DNA of 64,000 nucleotides from an uncultured Alphaproteobacteria bacterium. GTDB taxonomy: Bacteria > Pseudomonadota > Alphaproteobacteria > Rhizobiales > Rhizobiaceae. A model generated the notes under the pieces. It was not told where the DNA came from. It ran no database searches and was given only the letters and a program-made list of their open reading frames with translations. The stretch covers positions 295,806-359,805 of the forward strand of contig CAVQPI010000012.1 in assembly GCA_963714735.1 (NCBI GenBank). Direction: 5' to 3'. Below are positions 54,246-64,000 of this stretch, in pieces (position 1 is the stretch's first letter; each line of letters opens with the position of its first letter). The position numbers and the translations under genes are program-made.

Positions 54246-56684
54246 TCAATGAGCCGTCGAGGCCGCACTGCTTTCGCCGTCACGACCCAATAGCGCACGT
54301 CTTGCACGCTCATCATCCTCGGCTGTCCACACAATGGCTTCGGGCTTTCTGGTGAGCGCGTGTTCGAGCACTTGATCAATATGCGAAACGGGTACGATCT
54401 CGAGCTCGTTTTTCACATTGTCGGGGATATCCGCCAAGTCCTTCGCATTCTCTTCGGGAATGAGAACCTTGGTGATACCGCCACGCAGGGCTGCAAGAAG
54501 CTTTTCCTTAAGGCCGCCAATCGGCAGCACCCTGCCCCGCAAGGTGATCTCGCCTGTCATGGCGACATCTGCGCGAACCGGAATACCGGTCATGACCGAA
54601 ACAATTGCAGTGGTCATGGCAGTACCCGCTGAAGGGCCGTCCTTTGGTGTTGCCCCTTCCGGCACGTGGACGTGAATGTCCATGCGGTCAAAGAGCGGCG
54701 GCTCGATGCCGAAGGCTACTGCCTTCGAGCGCACATAAGATGCGGCAGCCGAAATGGATTCCTTCATCACATCACGAAGATTTCCGGTAACGGTCATCTT
54801 GCCCTTGCCAGGCATTGAGACACCTTCAATGGTCAGCAATTCGCCACCCACTTCTGTCCAGGCAAGTCCGGTGACCACGCCCACCTGATCATCCATTTCA
54901 GCCTTGCCGAAACGGAACTTGGTGACACCAAGGAAATCGCCAATATTCTTGTCGGTTACCTTGATCGACTTCTTTTTGGTTTTCAGGATCTCCGTAACGG
55001 CCTTGCGCGCCAGCTTGGACAGTTCGCGCTCAAGATTCCTGACACCTGCCTCACGTGTGTAATGACGAATGATATCGCGGATTGCCTCATCGCTGACCGA
55101 AAATTCCTTCGGTGCCAGAGCATGATCCCTGATCGCCTTTGGCAGAAGGTGCCGTTTGGCGATTTCGACCTTTTCGTCCTCGGTGTAGCCGGCAATACGA
55201 ATGATTTCCATGCGGTCCATCAACGGGCCGGGAATGTTAAGCGTATTGGCCGTTGTCACGAACATCACATTCGACAGATCATAATCCACTTCGAGGTAAT
55301 GGTCAGCAAAGGTGTGGTTTTGTTCCGGATCCAGCACCTCAAGCAGAGCTGATGACGGATCACCACGGAAATCCTGTCCCATCTTGTCGATCTCGTCGAG
55401 AAGGAACAGCGGATTGGTCTTTTTAGCCTTTTTCATGGACTGAATGACCTTGCCGGGCATCGAACCGATATACGTACGGCGGTGACCACGGATTTCAGCT
55501 TCGTCGCGCACACCGCCAAGAGCCATGCGAACAAATTCACGACCTGTTGCCTTGGCAATCGATTTTCCCAGCGAGGTTTTACCCACGCCTGGCGGTCCGA
55601 CGAGGCAAAGGATCGGTCCCTTGATCTTGTTGGCACGGCTTTGAACAGCCAGATATTCGACAATACGCTCCTTCACCTTCTCAAGACCGTAATGATCGGT
55701 ATCGAGAACTTCCTGCGCCTTGTTGATATCCATTTTCTTGGTGGAACGTTTGCCCCATGGAATCCCCAGCAGCCAGTCAAGATAGTTGCGAACAACTGTC
55801 GCCTCGGCTGACATCGGGCTCATCTGCTTGAGCTTCTTGAACTCGGCATTGGCCTTTTCGCGGGCTTCCTTGGAAAGCTTGGTCTTTTCGATCCGGGCTT
55901 CCAGTTCGCCAAGCTCATCCTTGCCGTCTTCGCCCTCGCCCAATTCCTTCTGAATGGCCTTCATCTGCTCATTGAGATAGTATTCGCGCTGGGTTTTCTC
56001 CATCTGGCGCTTGACGCGGCTGCGGATGCGTTTTTCGACCTGAAGAACGGAGATTTCACTCTCCATCATCGACAAAATGTGCTCAAGGCGTTCCTGCACG
56101 CTGAGGATCGACAGAATTTCCTGTTTTTCGCTCAACTTGATGGCGAGGTGGGAAGCGATGGTATCAGCAAGTTTCGAATATTCCTCGATCTGCGTTACCG
56201 CACTCAGAACTTCGGGCGATACCTTCTTGTTGAGTTTCACATAGTTTTCGAATTCGGCAACGACCGAACGCGCGACAGCTTCGACCTCGACCGGGTCGTC
56301 CGCCTCGTCCTCGATGATTTCACAAAAGGCTTCGTTGAAGTCCGCACGGTCGGTAAACTGCACGATGCGTGCGCGTGAAACGCCCTCCACCAGCACCTTG
56401 ACGGTACCATCTGGCAGTTTGAGCATGTGCAGGACCTTGGCGAGAGCGCCGGTGTCATACAAGGCTTCAGGCGCAGGATCATCGTCGCCTGCCTTCTTCT
56501 GGGTGAACAGAAGAATGTGATGGTCATTGTTCATCACTTCTTCCAGCGCCAGGATCGATTTTTCACGTCCTACAAAGAGCGGCACGATCATGTGCGGGAA
56601 AACCACGATATCGCGCAGCGGCAAGAGCGGATACTTGTCGCCTGAGCCCAGTCCAATGTCAGATTTGCCGGATTTGGCCATGCT
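54246..56684 (-). CDS. lon: ATP-dependent Lon protease
   Basis: N-terminal Lon domain, AAA+ GPPGVGKTS, and the catalytic Ser region (PKDGPSAG). The preferred start is MAKSGKSD. Confidence 0.9.
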   Translation of the reverse strand, partial: SMAKSGKSDIGLGSGDKYPLLPLRDIVVFPHMIVPLFVGREKSILALEEVMNNDHHILLFTQKKAGDDDPAPEALYDTGALAKVLHMLKLPDGTVKVLVEGVSRARIVQFTDRADFNEAFCEIIEDEADDPVEVEAVARSVVAEFENYVKLNKKVSPEVLSAVTQIEEYSKLADTIASHLAIKLSEKQEILSILSVQERLEHILSMMESEISVLQVEKRIRSRVKRQMEKTQREYYLNEQMKAIQKELGEGEDGKDELGELEARIEKTKLSKEAREKANAEFKKLKQMSPMSAEATVVRNYLDWLLGIPWGKRSTKKMDINKAQEVLDTDHYGLEKVKERIVEYLAVQSRANKIKGPILCLVGPPGVGKTSLGKSIAKATGREFVRMALGGVRDEAEIRGHRRTYIGSMPGKVIQSMKKAKKTNPLFLLDEIDKMGQDFRGDPSSALLEVLDPEQNHTFADHYLEVDYDLSNVMFVTTANTLNIPGPLMDRMEIIRIAGYTEDEKVEIAKRHLLPKAIRDHALAPKEFSVSDEAIRDIIRHYTREAGVRNLERELSKLARKAVTEILKTKKKSIKVTDKNIGDFLGVTKFRFGKAEMDDQVGVVTGLAWTEVGGELLTIEGVSMPGKGKMTVTGNLRDVMKESISAAASYVRSKAVAFGIEPPLFDRMDIHVHVPEGATPKDGPSAGTAMTTAIVSVMTGIPVRADVAMTGEITLRGRVLPIGGLKEKLLAALRGGITKVLIPEENAKDLADIPDNVKNELEIVPVSHIDQVLEHALTRKPEAIVWTAEDDERARRALLGRDGESSAASTAH

Positions 56685-57034
56685 TGTTTCCTCTTGGGGA
56701 GTCCGGTTTACCCGGACTGCGTAATGATTCTTTATTCTATCGGTTTCATTCGGCCAGCAACACCCACAGTTTGAACCGGAAACAGCAGAAATCCGTATTT
56801 CCGACAGGCTTTGGAGGAAAATGACCGAGGTTCGAATGATTTTCGAAACCGTTTGTTGAACCTGAAATGGTGGCGCACGCAAAATATTTCAAGGGCAAGG
56901 CCACGCATGACAAATCAACCTTCCACTGGAACCTGAAAAAAGTCAGTTACGCAGTGTGGCGTAATGGTTTGACCGGGTGTTTGCGGTTTGTCATGTGGCT
57001 TCTGATCGCCCTTACACATATCCGGGCAATAAAA

Positions 57035-57078
57035 AACCGCCGCCCTGCTTTAGGGTAGCGGTTTTCAAATTACTCTAT
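57035..57078 (-). terminator. probable Rho-independent terminator downstream of clpX (imperfect hairpin ACCGCCGCCCTGC...GTAGCGGT with a T-run on the minus strand)
   Basis: Seen in sequence at AAAAAACCGCCGCCCTGCTTTAGGGTAGCGGTTTT. Confidence 0.45.
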
Positions 57079-57093
57079 CAGGTGTCAGGCCGA

Positions 57094-58377
57094 TCAGGCG
57101 CTGGCTTCCTTCTCGTCGCTCTTTTCGGCATAGATATAGAGCGGACGGGCATTTCCAGTCACAACTTCCTCGGAAATCACCACTTCCTCAACGCCTTCCA
57201 TGGCCGGAAGTTCGAACATTGTGTCCAGCAGGATCGACTCAAGGATCGAACGCAGGCCTCGCGCGCCGGTCTTGCGCTCGATGGCGCGGCGGGCGATGGC
57301 CTTCAGCGCGTCCTCGTGGAAGGTCAACTCGACCTCTTCCATGTCGAACAGGCGCTGATACTGCTTGACGAGCGCGTTTTTCGGCTCGGTCAAAATCTGC
57401 ACAAGGGCTTCCTCGTCGAGATCTTCCAGCGTCGCCAGTACGGGAACACGGCCGACAAATTCCGGGATCAGGCCGAAGCGCACGAGATCTTCGGGTTCGA
57501 CTTCCTGGAAAAGTTCTCCGGTCTTGCGGTCTTCGGGCGCTTCCACATTGGCTGCAAAGCCAATGGAGGTTTTGCGGCCACGGTCAGAGATGATCCGGTC
57601 CAGACCGGCAAAGGCACCGCCAACAATGAAAAGGATGTTCGTCGTATCTACCTGCAGGAACTCCTGTTGGGGATGTTTGCGGCCGCCCTGCGGGGGAACG
57701 GAGGCAACCGTTCCTTCCATGATTTTCAACAACGCCTGCTGAACACCCTCGCCCGAAACGTCACGGGTGATCGAGGGATTGTCCGACTTGCGCGAAATCT
57801 TGTCGACCTCATCGATATAAACAATGCCCCGCTGGGCGCGCTCGACGTTGTAATCAGCCGACTGCAGCAGTTTCAGGATGATGTTCTCTACATCCTCGCC
57901 CACATAACCGGCTTCGGTCAGAGTGGTGGCGTCGGCCATGGTGAACGGCACATCGATGATGCGCGCCAAGGTCTGGGCAAGCAGTGTCTTGCCGCAACCG
58001 GTCGGTCCGATCAGCATGATGTTTGATTTTGCCAGTTCCACATCCTGGTTTTTTGAAGAATGCGCCAGACGCTTGTAGTGGTTGTGTACGGCCACCGACA
58101 GGACGCGCTTGGCGTGCGGCTGGCCGATCACGTAATCATCAAGGACCGACAGGATTTCCTGTGGTGAAGGAACCCCCTCGCCGGATTTGGAAACCGAGGA
58201 TTTGTTCTCCTCACGGATGATATCCATGCAGAGTTCTACGCATTCATCGCAGATGAAGACGGTTGGCCCGGCGATCAGCTTGCGCACCTCGTGCTGGCTT
58301 TTCCCGCAGAAAGAACAATACAGGGTGTTCTTGGAGTCTCCGCCGCCGTTTCCGCCGCTATTTGAAATCTTGCTCAT
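57094..58377 (-). CDS. clpX: ATP-dependent Clp protease ATP-binding subunit ClpX
   Basis: Zinc-finger CSFCGK...CDEC and AAA+ GPTGCGKT. Confidence 0.9.
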   Translation of the reverse strand: MSKISNSGGNGGGDSKNTLYCSFCGKSQHEVRKLIAGPTVFICDECVELCMDIIREENKSSVSKSGEGVPSPQEILSVLDDYVIGQPHAKRVLSVAVHNHYKRLAHSSKNQDVELAKSNIMLIGPTGCGKTLLAQTLARIIDVPFTMADATTLTEAGYVGEDVENIILKLLQSADYNVERAQRGIVYIDEVDKISRKSDNPSITRDVSGEGVQQALLKIMEGTVASVPPQGGRKHPQQEFLQVDTTNILFIVGGAFAGLDRIISDRGRKTSIGFAANVEAPEDRKTGELFQEVEPEDLVRFGLIPEFVGRVPVLATLEDLDEEALVQILTEPKNALVKQYQRLFDMEEVELTFHEDALKAIARRAIERKTGARGLRSILESILLDTMFELPAMEGVEEVVISEEVVTGNARPLYIYAEKSDEKEASA

Positions 58378-58830
58378 TCTCAGTTCCCAGTCTTTGCGAC
58401 ATCATTCGGCCGCTACCGAAATCCCGCTCTACTTTGCAGTTAAAGCGCGCGGGCGCGAAGTCAAACATCACTAACTCAAACATCATAAAAGGGATTACGC
58501 AATACCAACCATCCCTGTTGGCAAGCCTACGGCCAAAAACATGACCATAGGCTTAATAAACATGCCTTTTTCCGTTAAAGACATGCATTTTTGCCACGAA
58601 TTTCGGACCGGAAAGCTCGATACGATACCCCGAACAGACCGTTGAACAAGGAAAACCAGCTCTGCAAATTGCCGACTGATTCACCTCTATCGACCAAAAA
58701 AGGCCCATATGTGACCCTGAATTCAGCAGTGAACACCGACTGATTCCGCAGTCGGTGCGTTTTCCGGTTAAGCTTGTTCGGCTCCTATCCGCAACTTTTT
58801 TCCATCGTATTCCCAGCTAGTTCGATGGGC

Positions 58831-59451
58831 CTATTCAGTGGGCACTTCGCGTTTTTCGATCACCTTGTCGATCAGGCCCCAATCCTTGGCTTCGTCTGCC
58901 GTCATGAAATGGTCACGGTCGAGCGTGTTTTCAACCGTCTCGTAGTCCTGGCCGGTATGCTTGACGTAAACCTCGTTGAGGCGGCGCTTCATCTTGATGA
59001 TGTCCTGAGCGTGGCGCTCGATGTCTGAGGCCTGGCCCTGGAAGCCGCCGGATGGCTGATGAACCATGATGCGTGCGTTCGGCAAGGCAAAGCGCATGTC
59101 CTTCTCACCAGCGGCAAGAAGCAGTGAGCCCATGGAAGCGGCCTGCCCCATGCAGAGCGTCGAGATTGCCGGACGGATGAACTGCATCGTGTCATAGATC
59201 GCCATGCCGGCCGTTACGACGCCGCCGGGCGAATTGATATAGAGGTTGATTTCCTTTTTCGGATTTTCCGCTTCGAGATACAAAAGCTGCGCGGTCACCA
59301 GCATCGCCATGCCATCCTCGATCGGGCCGGTGATGAAAATCACGCGTTCCTTCAAAAGGCGTGAGAAAATGTCATAGGCGCGCTCGCCGCGGTTGGATTG
59401 CTCCACCACCATCGGGACGAGGTTCATGGCGAGGTCGATTGGATCTTTCAT
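58831..59451 (-). CDS. clpP: ATP-dependent Clp protease proteolytic subunit
   Basis: Catalytic GQAASMGS and the MVHQPSGG region. 206 aa. Confidence 0.9.
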   Translation of the reverse strand: MKDPIDLAMNLVPMVVEQSNRGERAYDIFSRLLKERVIFITGPIEDGMAMLVTAQLLYLEAENPKKEINLYINSPGGVVTAGMAIYDTMQFIRPAISTLCMGQAASMGSLLLAAGEKDMRFALPNARIMVHQPSGGFQGQASDIERHAQDIIKMKRRLNEVYVKHTGQDYETVENTLDRDHFMTADEAKDWGLIDKVIEKREVPTE

Positions 59452-59774
59452 ATTTCACCTTCTTGTAAGGAAACCTTTGTGTAGAAGCCTGACGCGCGAA
59501 CCGGCGACAGGCAGAACTTGAAAACCTGATTCTTGGCTCCACTACACATAGGACAGTCAAACAAAGGGTTAAAGGGGTGAAATGCAGGGATGGTTAGTGG
59601 GAGGGTGTGGGGGCTTGATGGAGTAAGGGCGGAGTGCGGACCTTTGCTTGCATATACGTAGATTTGCATATCGACAGTACCAAATTTTTTTTCAAAAAAT
59701 GCTTCGGTTTTTCCAGTGTCTATGTCGAATTCACAGAAGTTACAGCCGCGAACTTTGCCGAAAATAAACATTGC

Positions 59775-61301
59775 CTAATCTTCGACAGAATTGAATCCCA
59801 TGAGATAAGCCAATGGCGCGTGATCATCAGTCAGAATCTGCGCATTTTTCTGTTGAATAAGCGTATCAATATAGGCAGGGCTTAGCACTTGAAATTGCGT
59901 TAAATCCGGCGATCTCGTATCGATTGATGATACCGGACTATCTTGTGCGCCAGCCAAAAGCACAAAGACGCGCCGCTCGCCTTTTTCGGGGCGCCCCGAT
60001 TGGGTCCATACCTCAACGCTGGGAAATATACTGCGCAGCGTTACAACGACCGCCACGAGGGCATTCATCCTGTCCACATTGTCAATAAGGTTCATTGCAA
60101 AGATTCCATCCGGCGTTAGACGGCTTGAAACAAGCTCGAAAAACTCGCGTGTCACCAAATGTTCAGGGGCGGCAATATCGGTGAATGCATCGCCGATGAT
60201 GACGTCAAACTGCTGCTGGCTTTTGCTAAGCGCTAAGCGGGCGTCCCCGTGCAAGATGGTAGCAGTAGCTGGTTCGAACCAAAATTTATTGATAGCCATT
60301 AATGTTACTTCGGGGTCGATCTCAGCTATTGTAATGCCAGAGATACCCCGATCCGCCCAAGCCCGTGGCACGGAGTAAGTTCCCCCACCTATATGAAAAG
60401 ACGTAAAATCTGTTCGGCCCATCCGCATTCGGGGCAGCGCATCCAACATGGCTGCGTGTTTTGTAAACATGACACGTGGTGCTTCTCTAGCGCTGACGCC
60501 GTGGGCCAGGTGATCAACGACCATCAAATTAACAGGATCAATAGGGTTATCTGAGATGGCGACAGTTCGGATACAGTAGTAGCTGCTTTCGCGATCGCAT
60601 ACAGATGGCAAGATCAAAGATGAAAAAGCGATTGCAACCGCTATGCCGGCTGCCAAGATCGCAACCACGTGCTCACGCGCCGGCGCGCCACCAAGTCGAA
60701 AGCAAATCAACGCTGCAATTATATAAACGACCGTTATGACGATCAGAGTAGTCACGGATCCCAGCCAAGGCACAAACAAAAAGCCAGCTAAAAGAGTCCC
60801 GGCAATCGCGCCGAGTGCGCCTGATGCAAACATGGCGCCGAGTGCCTGTTCTGATTGATCTCTGCCACGCATCGCAATGACGGACAGGATAGGTGCCGGC
60901 ACGCCTGCGAAAAGCGATGGTAGGAAAAACGCAACAGTACTCAAAGCAGTAATGTAGGCCAAAGGGTGATCAAAGATATCAACAACAGGTCCTGCAAAGG
61001 TTCGCAAGAGCAGCGTTGCTCCAGCTGTTGTGCAAGCGGCCGCGATCATTGTCCAACCAGTCTTCCGCAGCGCATGGCCAGTCTCTAGGGCGGCTATTCT
61101 GCCACCCCACCAATGTCCCGCTGAAAAGCCCGCAAGGACTACGGCAATAATGGAGGTCCACGTGTAAAGGCTCATTCCGACATAAGGCGCTATCATGCGT
61201 CCAGCGACAATTTCAACGACCAAGCTAGATGCCGATATGCCGGCTTGCAGCAAGATCAGCAACCAAAGAGGTATCAGTGCGGAGGCAGTATGATTTTCCA
61301 T
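59775..61301 (-). CDS. fused membrane-domain/spermidine-synthase-like protein (polyamine aminopropyltransferase fold with an N-terminal multi-TM region)
   Basis: About 220 aa of TM helices followed by a SpeE-like methyltransferase fold (GGGTYSVPR, IIGDAFTD). Confidence 0.65.
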   Translation of the reverse strand: MENHTASALIPLWLLILLQAGISASSLVVEIVAGRMIAPYVGMSLYTWTSIIAVVLAGFSAGHWWGGRIAALETGHALRKTGWTMIAAACTTAGATLLLRTFAGPVVDIFDHPLAYITALSTVAFFLPSLFAGVPAPILSVIAMRGRDQSEQALGAMFASGALGAIAGTLLAGFLFVPWLGSVTTLIVITVVYIIAALICFRLGGAPAREHVVAILAAGIAVAIAFSSLILPSVCDRESSYYCIRTVAISDNPIDPVNLMVVDHLAHGVSAREAPRVMFTKHAAMLDALPRMRMGRTDFTSFHIGGGTYSVPRAWADRGISGITIAEIDPEVTLMAINKFWFEPATATILHGDARLALSKSQQQFDVIIGDAFTDIAAPEHLVTREFFELVSSRLTPDGIFAMNLIDNVDRMNALVAVVVTLRSIFPSVEVWTQSGRPEKGERRVFVLLAGAQDSPVSSIDTRSPDLTQFQVLSPAYIDTLIQQKNAQILTDDHAPLAYLMGFNSVED

Positions 61302-62085
61302 AATTCTGGCTGTAGCCTACGGCTGAAAAACTCGTCAATAGGACTTTAACGCATCCCTATGATAGAGGCGCTGGTAGAAACCGATTATTGGCAGAACACA
61401 GAGGTTGGCGCGGCAGCAAATGATCGGCCTCTCTTGGCTTCCGTAGCATCTCGGGAACGTTTCAATTAGCAGCTGAAGCAACTCGACGAACGGCAATTCA
61501 TCCACATTGTTGACATCAAGCCTTCATTATTCGGCGCTGCAATAGAAGTCAGCTTACAGATAAGACAAAAGCAGATTGCGTATGTCAGTAATGGGCCGAT
61601 AGCGACAAGTCAAAAAAGAGCACAACTCCCCCTCCCACACCCCACCTTTCCGGCATTTTTACATAAACTTATCCCCGCCGCTGAACGCCGCGCCTATTCT
61701 TTCCGCACTGTTGCCCGGCAAACGTTGGTCTGAATTCGCCAATCGGAACAAGGAGCAACAGCAGCGGAGCGCTGGTCTGAGAGGGTTCGACTCCCAGGGG
61801 GATCAGTTTGATGGTCGGGCTGGACGGTGTACTGAAGAGCCTCCCGGCACTACAAAATCTCCGCGCGGGACCCGGTTGGGTCGTACACGAGTGCCCAACG
61901 GACAAGGCGTCCGGGTCCCGTGTTTGCATTTTCCCTCACGCGAGCAGCATCGCCGCCGCTGAGGGGGCGCGGACTTACCGCCCGGACACCACTTCGGTGT
62001 CTTTGGAGGTTTCCTCGCATGTTCTTTGACATAACGCTGGCAGGAAACTGTCGAGTGAATGAACAGGTGCGTTCGGCGTACTTCG

Positions 62086-62137
62086 CCCTCCCTGAGGGGG
62101 AGAATTTCCCGCGACAAACGCTCCCCCTCAAGGAGGG
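62086..62137. repeat. long imperfect palindrome (17-bp arms CCCTCCCTGAGGGGGAG / CTCCCCCTCAAGGAGGG, 18-nt loop) in GC-rich non-coding DNA; RIME/REP-like
   Basis: Seen directly. The CTGAGGGGG motif also recurs at about 61957. Confidence 0.5.
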
Positions 62138-62146
62138 CTGAACAAA

Positions 62147-62195
62147 GATAAACCCGCCGTGATTTCTCACAGCGGGTTCGGGTGATTTTTTGGCG
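62147..62195 (-). terminator. bidirectional Rho-independent terminator downstream of tig (stem AACCCGC/GCGGGTT)
   Basis: A hairpin flanked by an A6 run on one side and a T-rich run on the other, just past the tig stop. Confidence 0.45.
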
Positions 62196-62214
62196 AATGC
62201 TGTTGAGGCGAGGA

Positions 62215-63555
62215 TTACTCGTCCTCTTCCTTCATCAGCTCTTCCCTGGAGACCTTCTTGTCCTTCACATCGGCAACGCCCATGATGTGGTCGACGACCT
62301 TTTCCTCATAGAGCGGGGCGCGCAGGCCGGCGACGGCCTCCGGGTTTTCACGGAAATAATCGAAAACCTGTTGTTCCTGGCCGGGATACTGGCGGACCTG
62401 GTCAAAAATGGCTTTCTGCATCTCGTCTTCAGAGATCTCGATTTTTGCTTCCTCACCGATTTTGGCGAGGGTCAGGCCGAGGCGGACGCGGCGCTCGGCG
62501 AGTTTTTGATACTCTTCGCGGGCCTTTTCCTCGGTGGTTTCCTCGTCCTCGAAGGTCTTGCCGGCGCGCTCAAGTTCAGCGGTCATCTGCTGCCAGATGT
62601 TGTCGAATTCGGCGGCGACCATTTTCTTAGGCAGTTCCATCTTGGTCTTCTCGTCCATCTGGTCGAGAACCTGGCGCTTGACCTTGGCTCTGGTGTAGGT
62701 GCCGTTCATGCTTTCGATTTGGCCTTTGACAGCTTCGCGGAGCTTGTCAGCGGATTCAACGCCGAGCTGTTTGGCCAGTTCGTCATTGATTTCGATCGCG
62801 GCGGGTTTTTCGACCTTCTTGACGACGATATCGAACTCGGCATCCTTGCCCTTGAGGTTTTCAGCCGGGTATTCATCAGGGAATTTTACCTTGATGGTTT
62901 TTTCATCGCCTGCCTTGAAGCCAATCAGCTGCTCTTCGAAGCCCGGGATGAAGCGGTTGGAGCCGAGGACAAGCTGGGCGTCCTCGTCCTTGCCGCCGTC
63001 AAACGGTTCGCCGTCCACCTTGCCGAGATAATCAATGGTAACGCGGTCCTTGTCGGCGGCCTTGCCTTTTTTCTCTTCGTATTGGCGGGCGTTTTCGGCA
63101 ATCTGCATCACCTGCTCGTCGACTTCCTTGTCGCTCACATCGACAACAGGGCGCTCGATCTTCAGCGTTGCAAGATCAGGGACGGTGATCTCGGGCATCA
63201 CTTCATAGGAGATTTTGAATTCGAAATCGGCATTGCCGGCGAGGATTTCCTCGGCCTCTTTCTCGTCTTCGGTCATGGAGATTTCTGGCTGCTGGGCGGC
63301 CTTCTCGTTACGCTCCTTGAGGACTTCGCCGGAACGGTTGCTGACCATGTCGTTCACAATCTCGGCCATGATCTGCTTGCCGTAGAGCTTCTTGATGTGG
63401 CTCACGGGAACCTTGCCCTGGCGGAAGCCGTCAATGCGGACCTTGCCCTTCATGTCTTCGAGGCGTTCGGCCAATTTGGCTGCCAGATCATCTTTCGGAA
63501 CCACGACCTTCAGTTCGCGCTCGAGACCGTCATTGTGTGTTTCTGTGACCTGCAT
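62215..63555 (-). CDS. tig: trigger factor
   Basis: 446 aa with the N-terminal ribosome-binding signature region (GFRQGKVP), a PPIase domain and a C-terminal arm. Confidence 0.9.
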   Translation of the reverse strand: MQVTETHNDGLERELKVVVPKDDLAAKLAERLEDMKGKVRIDGFRQGKVPVSHIKKLYGKQIMAEIVNDMVSNRSGEVLKERNEKAAQQPEISMTEDEKEAEEILAGNADFEFKISYEVMPEITVPDLATLKIERPVVDVSDKEVDEQVMQIAENARQYEEKKGKAADKDRVTIDYLGKVDGEPFDGGKDEDAQLVLGSNRFIPGFEEQLIGFKAGDEKTIKVKFPDEYPAENLKGKDAEFDIVVKKVEKPAAIEINDELAKQLGVESADKLREAVKGQIESMNGTYTRAKVKRQVLDQMDEKTKMELPKKMVAAEFDNIWQQMTAELERAGKTFEDEETTEEKAREEYQKLAERRVRLGLTLAKIGEEAKIEISEDEMQKAIFDQVRQYPGQEQQVFDYFRENPEAVAGLRAPLYEEKVVDHIMGVADVKDKKVSREELMKEEDE

Positions 63556-63626
63556 GGAAAATCAACCTGTTTGTCTTTGCCGGGACCGGACGAACCCGCA
63601 ACGGGCCGCCTTCAATCCGATTGAAC

Positions 63627-63711
<85 letters not shown>

Positions 63712-63867
63712 TGATGATTTCGCCGGAGTGTTTCGCCCTGTTCAAAAACAGATTTTGTTCAAACCGAACTTCGTCCAAACGAAATTATGGGCTCTTCAGC
63801 AAAATCGCATGATCTTGCCGATGAACCCGAATTTGGGGGTCTATAACACTGGTTTTGGCATTGCGCA

Positions 63868-64000
63868 AAGGGGTTCATGATTTTTTTTTGGCGGCGAGCC
63901 GGACTGATCGCGGCCGCCATCGCAGCGGGCCACAGGCAAAGGGTTTTCACTCAGTTGGCAAAGCGGCGGGAAATATTGTCGAAGCGTTCCTGCCATGGGC
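63868..64000 (+). CDS. 5' end of an unidentified CDS running off the window (MIFFWRRAGLIAAAIAAGH...)
   Basis: An ATG 7 nt after AAGGGG, with an open frame to the window end. Confidence 0.25.

Noticed and set aside
59515-59560. Sigma-32-like promoter CTTGAA-N16-CCACTACA upstream of clpP
   Set aside because: The motif is on the plus strand while clpP is on the minus strand, and no plus-strand gene lies downstream. It is probably fortuitous.
61760-61830. tRNA-like/tmRNA-like T-arm motif GGGTTCGACTCCC in the non-coding spacer
   Set aside because: No acceptor stem can be paired around it, no CCA end, and no tag-peptide reading frame (ANDN...AA) nearby on either strand. It is most likely a chance GC-rich match.

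Overview
This window looks like a GC-rich alphaproteobacterial (Rhizobiales-like) chromosomal segment; almost all genes are on the minus strand. No integrase, transposase, CRISPR array, restriction system or toxin-antitoxin pair was found, and no single unambiguous novel system was identified. The best candidates for follow-up are the ABC ATPase-YbhB fusion, the Lys/Ser-tailed thymidylate kinase, the insertion between tig and clpP, and the split itaconate-like locus.

Housekeeping blocks:
- Partial L,D-transpeptidase, mgsA, an MBL-fold hydrolase, tatD, metG, holB, tmk, dacC and rlpA (1-10 kb).
- The conserved protease block tig-clpP-clpX-lon-hupB (53.5-63.6 kb). A fused membrane/spermidine-synthase-like gene plus about 0.9 kb of repeat-rich non-coding DNA is inserted between clpP and tig.
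- A BMP-family nucleoside-type ABC transporter, tRNA-Ser(TGA) and tRNA-Leu(TAG).

Accessory content:
- A complete aerobic benzoyl-CoA epoxide (box) cluster at 11.4-20.3 kb: a BoxR/BzdR-type regulator (HTH-XRE fused to a shikimate-kinase-like domain), a thioesterase, boxA, boxB, boxC, DUF309, an alpha/beta hydrolase and benzoate-CoA ligase. A TGCA-N6-TGCA palindromic operator candidate sits just upstream of the ligase gene.
- A flavin monooxygenase/esterase pair.
- An itaconate/C5-dicarboxylate-catabolism-like gene set (ich-like dehydratase, PrpD-family protein, acyl-CoA dehydrogenase, family-III CoA transferase, CitE-like lyase). It is split into two halves, each next to a paralogous LysR regulator.
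- Between the halves, a 13 kb block: a sodium:solute symporter with a small coupled membrane protein, a flotillin/7TM pair, and a sugar-type ABC operon. In that operon the ATPase is fused in-frame to a YbhB/PEBP domain.

Caveat: at least nine genes, including the essential metG and holB, are broken by apparent frameshifts, at least one of which (dacC) sits at a possible homopolymer slip. This most likely reflects indel errors in the sequence rather than biology, so every 'fusion' or 'pseudogene' call here depends on it.
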